Shown here piece after piece: positions 26,094-35,090 of a stretch of 38,917 nt of DNA. Origin of the DNA: a virus. Lineage: Duplodnaviria > Caudoviricetes. Both the position numbers and the translations under genes were made by a program. The notes below the pieces were generated by a model. It was not told where the DNA came from, ran no database searches, and saw only the letters and a list, made by a program, of their open reading frames with translations. Positions within the stretch are counted from its first letter, which is position 1; each line of letters opens with the position of its first letter. The stretch is taken from the IMG/VR virus record IMGVR_UViG_3300032233_001117, positions 1-38,917 of that record; one strand, given 5' to 3'.

Positions 26094-26130
26094 AGCCGGT
26101 AAAGCCCGCAAACTCAAAGGTAAGAAGTGA
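25945..26130 (+). CDS. Small highly basic protein (DUF6496-like)
   Basis: KVAKVMGEFKQGALQSG..VKNRKQAIAIALSEAG. Confidence 0.75.
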   Translation: MAKKPTKADKKVAKVMGEFKQGALQSGKPGPGKGPKVKNRKQAIAIALSEAGKARKLKGKK

Positions 26131-26198
26131 TGCCTAAGTACACCGGACCAGCCAAGCCTCAAAAGCCCATGCCAAAGAAAGGGGGCAAGAAGAAATGA
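26130..26198 (+). CDS. 22-aa Lys/Pro-rich peptide MPKYTGPAKPQKPMPKKGGKKK
   Basis: TGATG and ATGA overlaps with its neighbours. Confidence 0.5.
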   Translation: MPKYTGPAKPQKPMPKKGGKKK

Positions 26199-26218
26199 AA
26201 CGCGGCGACCGGTCGTGA
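26195..26218 (+). pseudogene. 7-aa mini-ORF MKRGDRS*, probable collapsed gene
   Basis: Bridges two genes with ATGA and GTGA overlaps. Confidence 0.45.
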
Positions 26219-26487
26219 TTACCTATCGAGGCGAGCAGTTTGAGGGTTACAACAAACCCAAGCGGACGCCAGGCCATCCGACCAAATCACATGCGGTACT
26301 GGCCAAGGAGGGCGAGACCATCAAGCTGATCCGGTTTGGTCAGCAAGGCGTCAGTGGCAGCCCGCCACGCAAAAACGAGTCAGCAGCAGACAAAGCCAGG
26401 CGGGCATCATTTAAAGCAAGGCACGCTAGTAACATTGCTCGCGGCAAGATGTCTCCGGCATATTGGGCGGACAAAGTAAAGTGGTAG
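26215..26487 (+). CDS. Basic conserved phage protein
   Basis: NKPKRTPGHPTKSHAV..KLIRFGQQG..RRASFKARH..SPAYWADKVKW. Confidence 0.75.
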   Translation: MITYRGEQFEGYNKPKRTPGHPTKSHAVLAKEGETIKLIRFGQQGVSGSPPRKNESAADKARRASFKARHASNIARGKMSPAYWADKVKW

Positions 26488-26677
26488 CCGCTTCTTGACG
26501 GTGAATCCAATCCTTTAGCTCAGCAACGTACCACCGGAGATCTTGTGCTTTAGCTGCATGCCAGCCGTTACCGCCGCTGCGGTACAGATGCTCATGACGA
26601 TCTACTGCATCGAGGCACTGCTTAATCAGCAGATTCCATGGCTCACGGATTGGGGTGTCCCATTCACGCTTTGACAC
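26426..26677 (-). CDS. Hypothetical protein, antisense within the head module
   Basis: 83-aa ORF occupying otherwise empty 26488-26677. Confidence 0.55.
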   Translation of the reverse strand: MSKREWDTPIREPWNLLIKQCLDAVDRHEHLYRSGGNGWHAAKAQDLRWYVAELKDWIHRQEAATTLLCPPNMPETSCREQCY

Positions 26678-26699
26678 GATCGCTACGCGCCATTACGAT
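26671..26699 (+). promoter_or_regulatory. Sigma70-like promoter of the scaffold/capsid genes
   Basis: TTGACA (26671-26676), 17-nt spacer, TACGAT (26694-26699). Confidence 0.6.
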
Positions 26700-26728
26700 G
26701 CCAGCGTAATTAAGCCTGCGGCTTATCC

Positions 26729-27409
26729 ATGTCTGATGAAACACAAACCCCAGAGCCTGCGGCTGTTGGTGGCGACAACAACGACGCACTGCAACGCAGT
26801 GTCGAGGCGCTTGAGCGCAAGAATAAAGAGTTGATTGCTGAGCTACGCGCTGCCAAGAAAGCGCCAGCGCTGCCAGATGGTGTTGATGTCAATGAGCTAT
26901 TGGAGTTCAAGCGCAATCACGAGCAACAGCAGCTTGAATCACAAGGCAAATACCAAGAAGCGCGACAGGCTCTGGAGCAGCAGTTCCGTGAGGCGACGAC
27001 GCAAAAGGACCAACGCATTGCAACCCTTGAAGCACGAGTCCGCGAACTGGAGCTCGTCACACCAGCAGTAACGGCGCTGGCTGACATCGTGCACGACCCC
27101 GACATGGTGCTAAAGACCAAGTTGAGCGCCGATCAGATCGAGCGTGATGCTGATGGCACCGTAGTGGTAGTCGACGGCTATCAGCGCACGCCCGTCAGCG
27201 AATGGGCTAAGACCCTGCCAGCATGGATGCAGAAGCAACCCAAGCCACAAGGCAGCGGCGCACCATCAGCTGGCGCCAGCACTGGCGGCATTCCGGCAGG
27301 CATGGCTAACCCATTCAGCCGTGATTCATTCAACCTAACTGAGCAGGCGCGACTGTTTCGTACAGATCGCGACCTGTATGAGCGGATGAAAGCTGCAGCT
27401 AACCGTTAG
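26729..27409 (+). CDS. Capsid scaffolding protein
   Basis: Coiled-coil, EQ-rich; PKPQGSGA..NPF C-terminus; directly upstream of MCP. Confidence 0.8.
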   Translation: MSDETQTPEPAAVGGDNNDALQRSVEALERKNKELIAELRAAKKAPALPDGVDVNELLEFKRNHEQQQLESQGKYQEARQALEQQFREATTQKDQRIATLEARVRELELVTPAVTALADIVHDPDMVLKTKLSADQIERDADGTVVVVDGYQRTPVSEWAKTLPAWMQKQPKPQGSGAPSAGASTGGIPAGMANPFSRDSFNLTEQARLFRTDRDLYERMKAAANR

Positions 27410-27493
27410 TATTTGAGTGTCTGCTCGTGATGGCTGCGCCACACAGAGCCTGGGGCTGCGCCCACACCGTAAACCATTTCCCCGAGATGAATC

Positions 27494-28525
27494 ATGGCGA
27501 CTCTTCGCTCTGACATCATCATCCCAGAGGTTTTTACGCCTTACGTCATCGAGCAAACCACGCAGCGTGATGCCTTCCTGGCTAGCGGTGTGGTGCAGCC
27601 CTTGGCGGAGCTGAATGCAACTGAGGGTGGTGATTTTATCAACGTCCCCTTCTGGAAAGCCAACCTGTCCGGCGACTTTGAAGTGCTGACCGATAGCACT
27701 TCGCTGAGCCCCGGCAAGATCACTGCTGACAAGCAAGTTGGCGTCATCCTGCATCGTGGCCGCGCCTTTGAGGCTCGTGACCTGGCAGCCTTGGCTGCTG
27801 GTGCCGATCCCATGGCCGCCATCGGCGCCAAGATCGCTGATTACGTTGCCAACCAACGTCAGAAAGATCTGCTGTCCTGCCTTGCTGGTGTCTTCGGCAC
27901 CCTCGGTAGCAACAGCTCGTCTGCTGCCTTCTTTGGTCTGAGCATCGACGGCGAGTCTGGTGACACTCCCACCACGCTGAGCCCCCGTCACGTTGCCGAA
28001 GCCCGCAGCCTGCTGGGCGACCAAGGCGACAAGTTGGCCGCTGTTGCCATGCACTCCAAGGTCTACTACGACCTGGTTGAGCGCAAGGCGATCGACTATG
28101 TGACCGAGACAGACGCACGTCTGACCTCTAGCGTTACTGACTTCGTTGGCGGCAGCATGGCTGGCGCTTATGGGGCTGTGAGCGTGCCGACCTACATGGG
28201 TCTGCGCGTGATCGTGTCTGACGACGTGCAGACCGAAGGCAGCGGCAGCTCGACCGAGTACGCCACTTACTTCTTCACCCAGGGTGCTGTTGCCTCCGGC
28301 GAACAGCTCGCAATGCAGACCGAAACCGACCGTGACATCCTCGCCAAGAGCGATGCCATGTCGATCGACCTGCACTACTGCTACCACCCTGTTGGTGCCA
28401 AGTGGGGCGTCACTACCGCCAACCCGACCCGCGCTCAACTGTCAACGGTTGGCAACTGGTCAAGGGTGTACGAACTCAAGAACCTTGGGATCGTGCGTGC
28501 TACCAACACCTCCAACTTCGATTGA
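27494..28525 (+). CDS. Major capsid protein
   Basis: SDIIIPEVFTPY, GGDFINVPFW, DPMAAIG..A.Y, MHSKVY, TYMGLRVIVSDD, ETDRDIL. Confidence 0.9.
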   Translation: MATLRSDIIIPEVFTPYVIEQTTQRDAFLASGVVQPLAELNATEGGDFINVPFWKANLSGDFEVLTDSTSLSPGKITADKQVGVILHRGRAFEARDLAALAAGADPMAAIGAKIADYVANQRQKDLLSCLAGVFGTLGSNSSSAAFFGLSIDGESGDTPTTLSPRHVAEARSLLGDQGDKLAAVAMHSKVYYDLVERKAIDYVTETDARLTSSVTDFVGGSMAGAYGAVSVPTYMGLRVIVSDDVQTEGSGSSTEYATYFFTQGAVASGEQLAMQTETDRDILAKSDAMSIDLHYCYHPVGAKWGVTTANPTRAQLSTVGNWSRVYELKNLGIVRATNTSNFD

Positions 28526-28536
28526 GGTAACTAACC

Positions 28537-28935
28537 ATGGCACAACCTTCCCAGTTTGAACTGTCCACCGAGCAGTATCTCGAAGCCACTTTTTACGGGG
28601 CATCCTCGATTGCCGACGTGCAATTCTGGACTGCTCCCGTTAAGTGTGAAGTGGTGGCAGTGCGTGAAGTTCACGCCACTGCTGGTAGCGATGCCGGTAC
28701 TGTTACTGGCACGATCCGCAGGTGCCAAGGCACCGAAGCGGCCACTGCTGGTGATGACCTGCTGAGCGCCACCATCAACTTCAAAGGCACTGCTCTCACC
28801 GAGCAGACTCCTGCCTTGACTGCCACCACTGCTGACCTCACCCTTGAGGTTGGCAACCGGCTGTCGCTGGACGTGACCGGTACCACCACCGCCTTGGCTG
28901 GTGTGATCCTGACCGTGCTGCTCAAGCGCGTCTGA
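28537..28935 (+). CDS. Putative head decoration/virion protein
   Basis: Thr/Ala-rich beta-type protein directly after MCP. Confidence 0.5.
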   Translation: MAQPSQFELSTEQYLEATFYGASSIADVQFWTAPVKCEVVAVREVHATAGSDAGTVTGTIRRCQGTEAATAGDDLLSATINFKGTALTEQTPALTATTADLTLEVGNRLSLDVTGTTTALAGVILTVLLKRV

Positions 28936-29129
28936 TGGGGCTGTTCGCTTTCCGGCGACTGCGTGACCGCGAGGCTGCCTCTACGGAGGTGGCCTCTCTT
29001 TCTATGCCAGAGCCCACTCCTACACTGGATCTAACGGAGCCTGACGATGGCAATCACAATCGTGGCCACGCCAGGCGCGGCCGACGCAAACAGCTACCTG
29101 ACGCTGGCAGCAGCGCAGGCGATCATTGA
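28935..29129 (+). CDS. Small hypothetical protein (MGLFAFRR...)
   Basis: TGATG-coupled; fills the gap before the adaptor gene. Confidence 0.45.
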   Translation: MGLFAFRRLRDREAASTEVASLSMPEPTPTLDLTEPDDGNHNRGHARRGRRKQLPDAGSSAGDH

Positions 29130-29610
29130 CGGATTCGTGCAGGATGCTGATGTCACGGCATGGGCATCGGCTACCACTGACCAGAAGAACCGGGCACTCT
29201 TTACCGCGACGCAACGGCTAGACCGCGAGCGGTTCCTTGGCGCGCGTGCGACCGATACGCAGGCGCTGCAGTGGCCGCGTACCGGCGTGCGCAAGCCTGA
29301 TACCTACATCAATACCTACGCTGTAGGGTTCCCATTCCGCATCACGACGGACTACTTTACAGATACTGAGATCCCGGCGCAGATTCAGTACGCGCAGGTG
29401 GTACTGGCAACGTATCTGCACAACAACCCAGATGGGATTGGCTTGAGCGGACTGGAAGACTATAAGAATGTCAAGATCGGCAGCCTAGATGTGACGCCTA
29501 ACCTTGGCTATGGCGCCGTTGGCGCTGACAAGGTGCCGCCGATCATGGAGCGATACCTGACAGGACTTAGAATCAGTGGACCAGGCAACGTTTCAATCCG
29601 CCGAAGCTGA
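29047..29610 (+). CDS. Head-tail adaptor (DnaT-like annotated family)
   Basis: ANSYLTLAAA, QALQWPR, IPAQIQYAQ, VKIGSL; position after capsid genes. Confidence 0.75.
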   Translation: MAITIVATPGAADANSYLTLAAAQAIIDGFVQDADVTAWASATTDQKNRALFTATQRLDRERFLGARATDTQALQWPRTGVRKPDTYINTYAVGFPFRITTDYFTDTEIPAQIQYAQVVLATYLHNNPDGIGLSGLEDYKNVKIGSLDVTPNLGYGAVGADKVPPIMERYLTGLRISGPGNVSIRRS

Positions 29611-29612
29611 TC

Positions 29613-29840
29613 ATGGACGACTACAACATTGGCTTTGAGTACATCAGCGACACGGCAGCCCATGCCGGAAGGTTTTACAGGCTCTATGCCGTTGCTGATG
29701 CCGTGATCAGCACTGCCACGGTCCAGAACGCAACTGGCAATGCGTTTACATCGGTTCCGCTAATGGCTGGCGATTTCATCGACGGCGTGTTCACTAGCAT
29801 CACCCTGGCGAGCGGCAAAATCGTCGCCTACAGGATCTAG
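29613..29840 (+). CDS. Small virion protein, paralogue 1
   Basis: EYISDTAAHAGRF..GVFTSITLASGKIVAY. Confidence 0.65.
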   Translation: MDDYNIGFEYISDTAAHAGRFYRLYAVADAVISTATVQNATGNAFTSVPLMAGDFIDGVFTSITLASGKIVAYRI

Positions 29841-29842
29841 CC

Positions 29843-30091
29843 ATGAGCGAGCCTAACTTCTTTGGCATTGATTATTCAATCGGTGCAACCTTTGTCGGTG
29901 ACACCACGACACGAACAGGCCGCTGGGGCGCGATTCACTTCACAACCAACACTCAGATTGATGCGATCGTAGCTCAGAACTACGACGGCAACACGTTATC
30001 CGGCCAGTCGTTTAGCGCTGCGACCACGCTATACGGTGTGTTTACCAGCATCAAGCTGCAGAACGGCCACTGCGTCGCCTACAAGCTCTGA
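29843..30091 (+). CDS. Small virion protein, paralogue 2
   Basis: TFVGDTTTRTGRW..GVFTSIKLQNGHCVAY. Confidence 0.65.
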   Translation: MSEPNFFGIDYSIGATFVGDTTTRTGRWGAIHFTTNTQIDAIVAQNYDGNTLSGQSFSAATTLYGVFTSIKLQNGHCVAYKL

Positions 30092-30447
30092 TGGCACTTG
30101 CTAGCCCGCTACGCAAGGTTGCCAGCAAGTTGATGGCAAAGTTCGGCGGTGTGGCAACGATCCGCCGCGTAACCCTTGGCGCGTACAACACAACTACCGG
30201 CACTGCCGCTGAGACAACGACGGACACCACGTTGCGTGGTGTACTGGAGGACGTAGCGCTGCGTGAAGTAAATGACCTGATCGAAGCTGGCGATAAGCGG
30301 TTAATTATTGCCGCAGCAGACACGGCAGCAGTGCCGACAACCGCTGATCGCGTCATCATCAGCAATCGCAGCCTGCAGATAATCGAGGTACGCACCATCG
30401 AACAGGACAATACTCCGATCACCTATGAGCTGATCCTGAGGGACTAA
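30091..30447 (+). CDS. Putative head-closure protein
   Basis: KFG..TIRRVT.GAYNTTTG, LIEAGDKR; synteny. Confidence 0.65.
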   Translation: MALASPLRKVASKLMAKFGGVATIRRVTLGAYNTTTGTAAETTTDTTLRGVLEDVALREVNDLIEAGDKRLIIAAADTAAVPTTADRVIISNRSLQIIEVRTIEQDNTPITYELILRD

Positions 30448-30845
30448 TGGCACGCCGGATCCAAGCCCGAGACATCGGCAGGTACTGCGAGGATCAGATG
30501 GAAAAGCTGCTGCGTGCAGCGGTGCTAGAAACTGACAGCCTGCTTAAGCAAGCCAGCCCGGTTGATACCGGCAGATTCCGCGCCAGCTGGCAGGTAGGCG
30601 AGAACGCAGCGCCTGGAGGCATTGCGCCATCCGGCAGCTATCCAGGTGTAACTGCCATTAAGCGCCTTGGCTACCAGAAAGAGAAAGTCGGCAATATCTA
30701 TTCAGTCCACAACAACCTGCCGTATGCCGAGCCGCTAGCGAGTGGCAGCAGCAGGCAGGCGGATCCCGGTTGGGTGCAAGGTATCGCTAAGGATGTACAA
30801 ACTAGAGTGCAGGCAGCCGCAGCACGCATCGGCAAGGGGTCATGA
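30447..30845 (+). CDS. HK97 gp10-like neck/tail completion protein
   Basis: SPVDTGRFRASW, NNLPYAEPL..GSSRQA..GWV. Confidence 0.8.
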   Translation: MARRIQARDIGRYCEDQMEKLLRAAVLETDSLLKQASPVDTGRFRASWQVGENAAPGGIAPSGSYPGVTAIKRLGYQKEKVGNIYSVHNNLPYAEPLASGSSRQADPGWVQGIAKDVQTRVQAAAARIGKGS

Positions 30846-31261
30846 CAAGCACTTACGACGACATCCGCGCTGCCATCGAAGGACGCATTGCTACGCAGAT
30901 GGCTGTCGCACCGATATACCCGGTCAGCTATCAGAACGTACCATTCACGCCGCCGAACAACACACCATGGCTGCAGGCGTTCATACGGTTTGGCGATAAC
31001 GCCTATGCCACGCTGCTGGCGCCGTCTACTGGCTTCAACCGGCAAAATGGCGTGCTGACGGTCAATGTGTTCACGCCGCTAGGCGCTGGCACTGCTGCGA
31101 ACTTCACCATTGCCGAGCGCATCAAGGATCTATTTGACCGGCAAGTGGTCAGCGATATTCACTTCGACGCAGCATCAGGACCGGCGCAGATCACACCACC
31201 AGCGCCTGCAGCGTACTACCAAACGCAACTTACGATCACGTTTGAGGCGTATGTAGACTGA
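30842..31261 (+). CDS. Putative tail terminator
   Basis: YQNVPFTPP..PWL, GVLTVNVFTP.G.G; precedes tail tube gene. Confidence 0.7.
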   Translation: MTSTYDDIRAAIEGRIATQMAVAPIYPVSYQNVPFTPPNNTPWLQAFIRFGDNAYATLLAPSTGFNRQNGVLTVNVFTPLGAGTAANFTIAERIKDLFDRQVVSDIHFDAASGPAQITPPAPAAYYQTQLTITFEAYVD

Positions 31262-31282
31262 CGGCAGTTCTTCCGCTGACTG

Positions 31283-32053
31283 ATGTCTGCCACCGTTCTG
31301 TCCGGCACAGCCGGGGCGCTCTATTACAAGCCAGCTGGCACTATTGCCACGTTTGCCGAGTCTGGCGTTAATGCCACCACTGACGTAATCACTGTCATGC
31401 CGTTCCTTGGCTTCAAGGTTGGCGACCCGGTGCAGTTCAGCGTGATCAACGTCAACACTGGCGCTGCGGGCTCTGGCACCCTGCCTGGCGGGATCTCTGC
31501 TGCTACTACCTACTACGTCATCAGCTATACCGCCAGCACTGGTGCCATGCAGGTGTCTGCCACGCTTGGCGGCTCTACCGTAGCGATCACCGATGATGGC
31601 ACGGCTGTAACGCCAAACATCTTTCAGGTGGCATACGACAGCTTCGTGGCGGTAGCCGAGGTGCGCGAGTGGTCGTTTGAAGTGACCCGCGAAGAGATCG
31701 ACGTTACCACCATCGGCCAGGCAGCTGGTCAGACCGTGCCATTCCGCCGGTATATCAGCGGTTTTGCCGATGGTTCAGGCTCGGCCACCATCTACACTAC
31801 CAGCGAAGACACCAGCATCGCCAGCCGCTTGGTTGCTGATGTGCTCCAACGGGAGCAGGAGGGCGCCACGATGAAGCTGTACATCGATCGCGTGGTGAGC
31901 GGCGGTAGCGTCAGCGATACGCTCAGCCGTTCGATCACGGTGCCCGTCATCCTGACGGCTGCCAACTTCACGGTCAACCCTGACGACGGCCAGTCAATCG
32001 AGGTGTCGTTCCGCCCGAGCAACGCACCTACGTTTGATCTGGTCAAGAGCTGA
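31283..32053 (+). CDS. Major tail (tube) protein
   Basis: LSGTAGALYYKP, VREWSFEVTREEIDVTT, ISGFADGSGS; precedes chaperones and tape measure. Confidence 0.8.
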   Translation: MSATVLSGTAGALYYKPAGTIATFAESGVNATTDVITVMPFLGFKVGDPVQFSVINVNTGAAGSGTLPGGISAATTYYVISYTASTGAMQVSATLGGSTVAITDDGTAVTPNIFQVAYDSFVAVAEVREWSFEVTREEIDVTTIGQAAGQTVPFRRYISGFADGSGSATIYTTSEDTSIASRLVADVLQREQEGATMKLYIDRVVSGGSVSDTLSRSITVPVILTAANFTVNPDDGQSIEVSFRPSNAPTFDLVKS

Positions 32054-32067
32054 TCACGCAGACACAG

Positions 32068-32094
32068 AAGCCCTGGTCTTGTACCGGGGCTTTT
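32068..32094 (+). terminator. Rho-independent terminator after the major tail gene
   Basis: AAGCCCTGGT-cttgt-ACCGGGGCTT stem-loop ending in TTTT. Confidence 0.7.
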
Positions 32095-32128
32095 CCATGC
32101 CTACAATCCAATCGTATAGCGTAATCAC

Positions 32129-32467
32129 ATGGCTCGCGCACTTGATCGGCTCAAGAAAGCTGCTCACCTGGTTCCCATCAAGAAAGTCGTCACGCTGAGT
32201 GATGGCGGTGAGTTTGAGTTTTACTGCACTCCCCTTACGATGGCCGAGAGGGAGAAGGCGCAGAAGGACGCTGGAAGCGACGAGGCGATTGCCTTTGCAC
32301 TGCAGCTGCTGATTCAGAAGGCAAAAGACGATGCCGGTCAGCCGCTGTTCAGACCCGGTGAGATCGCTGAACTGAAAAATGAGGTGCGTGATGAAGACTT
32401 GCAGATCATGATGCTGGCTGTCATCACAGACAAGAACGATGTAACCGAGGCAGAAGCGGGAAAGTAG
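32129..32467 (+). CDS. Tail assembly chaperone (gpG-like)
   Basis: Between tail tube and tape measure genes; ends at slippery GGGAAAG. Confidence 0.8.
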   Translation: MARALDRLKKAAHLVPIKKVVTLSDGGEFEFYCTPLTMAEREKAQKDAGSDEAIAFALQLLIQKAKDDAGQPLFRPGEIAELKNEVRDEDLQIMMLAVITDKNDVTEAEAGK

Positions 32468-32649
32468 CCGCTGAGTTAAAGCGTGACTTGTATCTAAGGC
32501 TCATGCTTCGCCTGGCTCGTGAGCTGGGCTATACACTCAGCGAACTAAGCCAGCGCATTACAAAGGAAGAGCTGCAAATCTGGGCAGCCCTATTTGAGAT
32601 CGAAACGCAAGAGCAAGAGGAAGCGGCTAGGAAGAATCGCCGCAGGTAG
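32458..32649 (+). CDS. gpT-like -1 frameshift extension of the chaperone
   Basis: GGGAAAG at 32458-32464; -1 frame open for 61 codons (VAAELKRD..LARELGYTLSEL..W) to TAG 32649. Confidence 0.8.
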   Translation, partial: GKVAAELKRDLYLRLMLRLARELGYTLSELSQRITKEELQIWAALFEIETQEQEEAARKNRRR

Positions 32650-32675
32650 ACTGGCCTCATGCGAGGTTGTCGGCC

Positions 32676-35090
32676 ATGTCTGTAGTTGCCAATATCGCCA
32701 TCAATGTCGATGGCAAGCAAGCCAAGACGATCCTTGACGAGATCAAGCGCAAAGTAGAAGCCATGAATGGCACTTTCGGCGATGTGCCGGGTGCCACGCA
32801 GAAGGTGGGCGGCCTTACCAGCGCTATCGCAGGCATGATCCCGCAGCTTGCCATTGCAGCTACAACAATGGAGGTACTGCGCCAGAGCGTATCAACAGCG
32901 TTTGAACGCGGCGGCGCTGAGCAGAGATTGCGCAACCTTACATCATCAACTGGCGAGTTCAATGCTGCGATTGCATCTGCAGCTGGAGCATCAACCAAGT
33001 TCGGCATTTCGCAGACAGAGGCCACGGTGGCATTGGCCGACGTCTATGGCCGATTGAAAGGTGTTGGCTTTGGCCTCAAAGAGACTACCCAGATCTACGA
33101 AGGATTTAATGTAGCCGCCAAGCAGTCTGGGATCAGTGGCGCTGATGCTGCCGGTGTCTTCTTCCAGCTCAGCCAAGCACTAGGCAAAGGCAAGCTCAAT
33201 GGTGATGAGTTTGTCAGTGTTTCTGAGCGCATGCCTCAGTTGCTTGATCTGATCGCTCAATCAACAGGCCGATCGCGTGGCGAGTTGCAGCAGATGGCCC
33301 AGGAAGGCAAGATCACGAGTGACGTACTTTATAGGGCATTAGCAACTGCAGCGCAGGGTTCGGGTGACTTGAATGCAAAGTTGACGGATCAGCAGCGCAC
33401 CATGGGCAAGCTGGCCCAGGTTACAGATCAGCTAAAAGCTCAGATAGGCAATGCGTTTGCGCCGGTTGTTGTGGCTGGTGCGCAAGGCTTGGCTGTCATC
33501 GGTGAGAAGCTATCTGAATGGTGGGGATATCTTGGAGCGCAAGTGTTTCCCAGGCTGCTTAAGGCGCTTAAGCCAGCCATTGATGAGTTCAGAAAGCTAT
33601 GGACAGCGATCCCATGGAGCACTATTCTCGGATACCTTCAAGGATCAATCATCTTGGCGCTGAATAGGATCATCGGCGTAGTCAGGGTGATGGCGCCTAT
33701 TACTGCGTTCATTGTCCGCAAATTCCTTGAGCTTTCAAACAATCCGGTCTTTAAGTTCTTTGCTGAGCAGGCGGCAAAGCTAGCCGAAAGGATGGGCATT
33801 ACCAACAATGCAGTAGCAACATTCACTACCAAGCAGGCTCAGGCACGCAATCAAGTCGCGCAAACTGTTAATGCCTATAGCTCGATGCCGCCCAAGATCG
33901 AGGAAGCAGCCGAAAAGAATAAAGGACTGATTGCGGCTACCAATAGCGTGCTGAATAATCTGCGTGCTCAGCAGATCTCGCTTGATGCGCACGTTGCATC
34001 TCTTGAAAGAGGTGCCAGTGTTACATCGGCAAGATTTACGGCAGAAAAGGCCATTAATGATCTCAGAGGAGTTCAACTAGAGCGTGAGTACCAGTTTGCC
34101 AAAACTGCGCAGCAACGATTCAATATTGCAGTTGCGATATTTAATCAACAAGCGCAAGCTGCGGTTATCGAGTACCGCCAGGCACTAGACAATATTCGCC
34201 TGGAGAAGATCAAAGGCGAGTTGCAGCTTCAGTCTGCCAGGATCAAATACGACCAAATCCGCGCAGAAGGATTGCTTCAGATCCTGCTAGCAAAGAACGT
34301 CGAGGAAGAGACCGCCAAACGCCAGAAGCTAGGGCAAGCACTGCAAGCGCAAAATGCGGTCATAGACTCTACTGCCGATCAAGTTGCGGCGAATAAAGAG
34401 CTAGTCAGGTATCAGGCAATCACAGCAGAGGCGCAATACAATGCGAAGATCCTTACCGCTCAAACCGCGTTAGAGCAGAAGCTAGTCAGCGATCAGATTG
34501 GCTTAACGCAAGCCTCAGCGCTAGGGGTGTCTCAGAGCCTAGCAAACGCCTATTCGTCATCGCAGTTTATGGCTCAGGCTACAAGTAGTATTGCCATCAA
34601 TAGCGATAAATCTGCAGGCAATTTCATCAGGATAGCTACCAACGCTGAAGAGGCTGCCGCCAAAATCAGGGAAGCAGCTGATGCTCAACAACGACTAAAC
34701 AATTTAAGAGCACAAGCTACAACATCGACAGTCCGAGGAAAGGCCCCGGTCAAGCGCTTTGCTCAAGGTGGCTTCGTAAGCCGCCCGACACTTGGCCTTA
34801 TCGGTGAAGCTGGCGAATCCGAGTACATCGTGCCCGAATCCAAGGCAGCAGGATTTGTATCAAATTACCTGTCTGGAGTGCGCGGAGCTTCCGCAGTTGC
34901 AGCAACGCCTACCGGATCGGCGGGTGGCAGCACTACGATCAACGTAACCACCGGCCCGGTAATGGAGTTCGACGGCCAGCGCTACGTCACAGTGACCGAC
35001 ATGGAACGCGCTATGCGACTGACCGCTGAAGGCGTAATCGGCCGTCTGCGTACACCATCAGCACGCATCGCGCTGGGCATGGCCCGATGA
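32676..35090 (+). CDS. Tape measure protein
   Basis: QLSQALGKGKLNGDEFVSVSERMP, AQEGKIT; long Ala/Gln helical region; FAQGG.V.RPT..IGEAGESEYIVP. Confidence 0.92.
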   Translation: MSVVANIAINVDGKQAKTILDEIKRKVEAMNGTFGDVPGATQKVGGLTSAIAGMIPQLAIAATTMEVLRQSVSTAFERGGAEQRLRNLTSSTGEFNAAIASAAGASTKFGISQTEATVALADVYGRLKGVGFGLKETTQIYEGFNVAAKQSGISGADAAGVFFQLSQALGKGKLNGDEFVSVSERMPQLLDLIAQSTGRSRGELQQMAQEGKITSDVLYRALATAAQGSGDLNAKLTDQQRTMGKLAQVTDQLKAQIGNAFAPVVVAGAQGLAVIGEKLSEWWGYLGAQVFPRLLKALKPAIDEFRKLWTAIPWSTILGYLQGSIILALNRIIGVVRVMAPITAFIVRKFLELSNNPVFKFFAEQAAKLAERMGITNNAVATFTTKQAQARNQVAQTVNAYSSMPPKIEEAAEKNKGLIAATNSVLNNLRAQQISLDAHVASLERGASVTSARFTAEKAINDLRGVQLEREYQFAKTAQQRFNIAVAIFNQQAQAAVIEYRQALDNIRLEKIKGELQLQSARIKYDQIRAEGLLQILLAKNVEEETAKRQKLGQALQAQNAVIDSTADQVAANKELVRYQAITAEAQYNAKILTAQTALEQKLVSDQIGLTQASALGVSQSLANAYSSSQFMAQATSSIAINSDKSAGNFIRIATNAEEAAAKIREAADAQQRLNNLRAQATTSTVRGKAPVKRFAQGGFVSRPTLGLIGEAGESEYIVPESKAAGFVSNYLSGVRGASAVAATPTGSAGGSTTINVTTGPVMEFDGQRYVTVTDMERAMRLTAEGVIGRLRTPSARIALGMAR

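Noticed and set aside
27335-28438. Long antisense ORF (367 aa) and similar shadow ORFs (e.g. 12691-13293, 16949-17476)
   Set aside because: They lie opposite well-supported genes in GC-rich DNA and have no recognisable motifs
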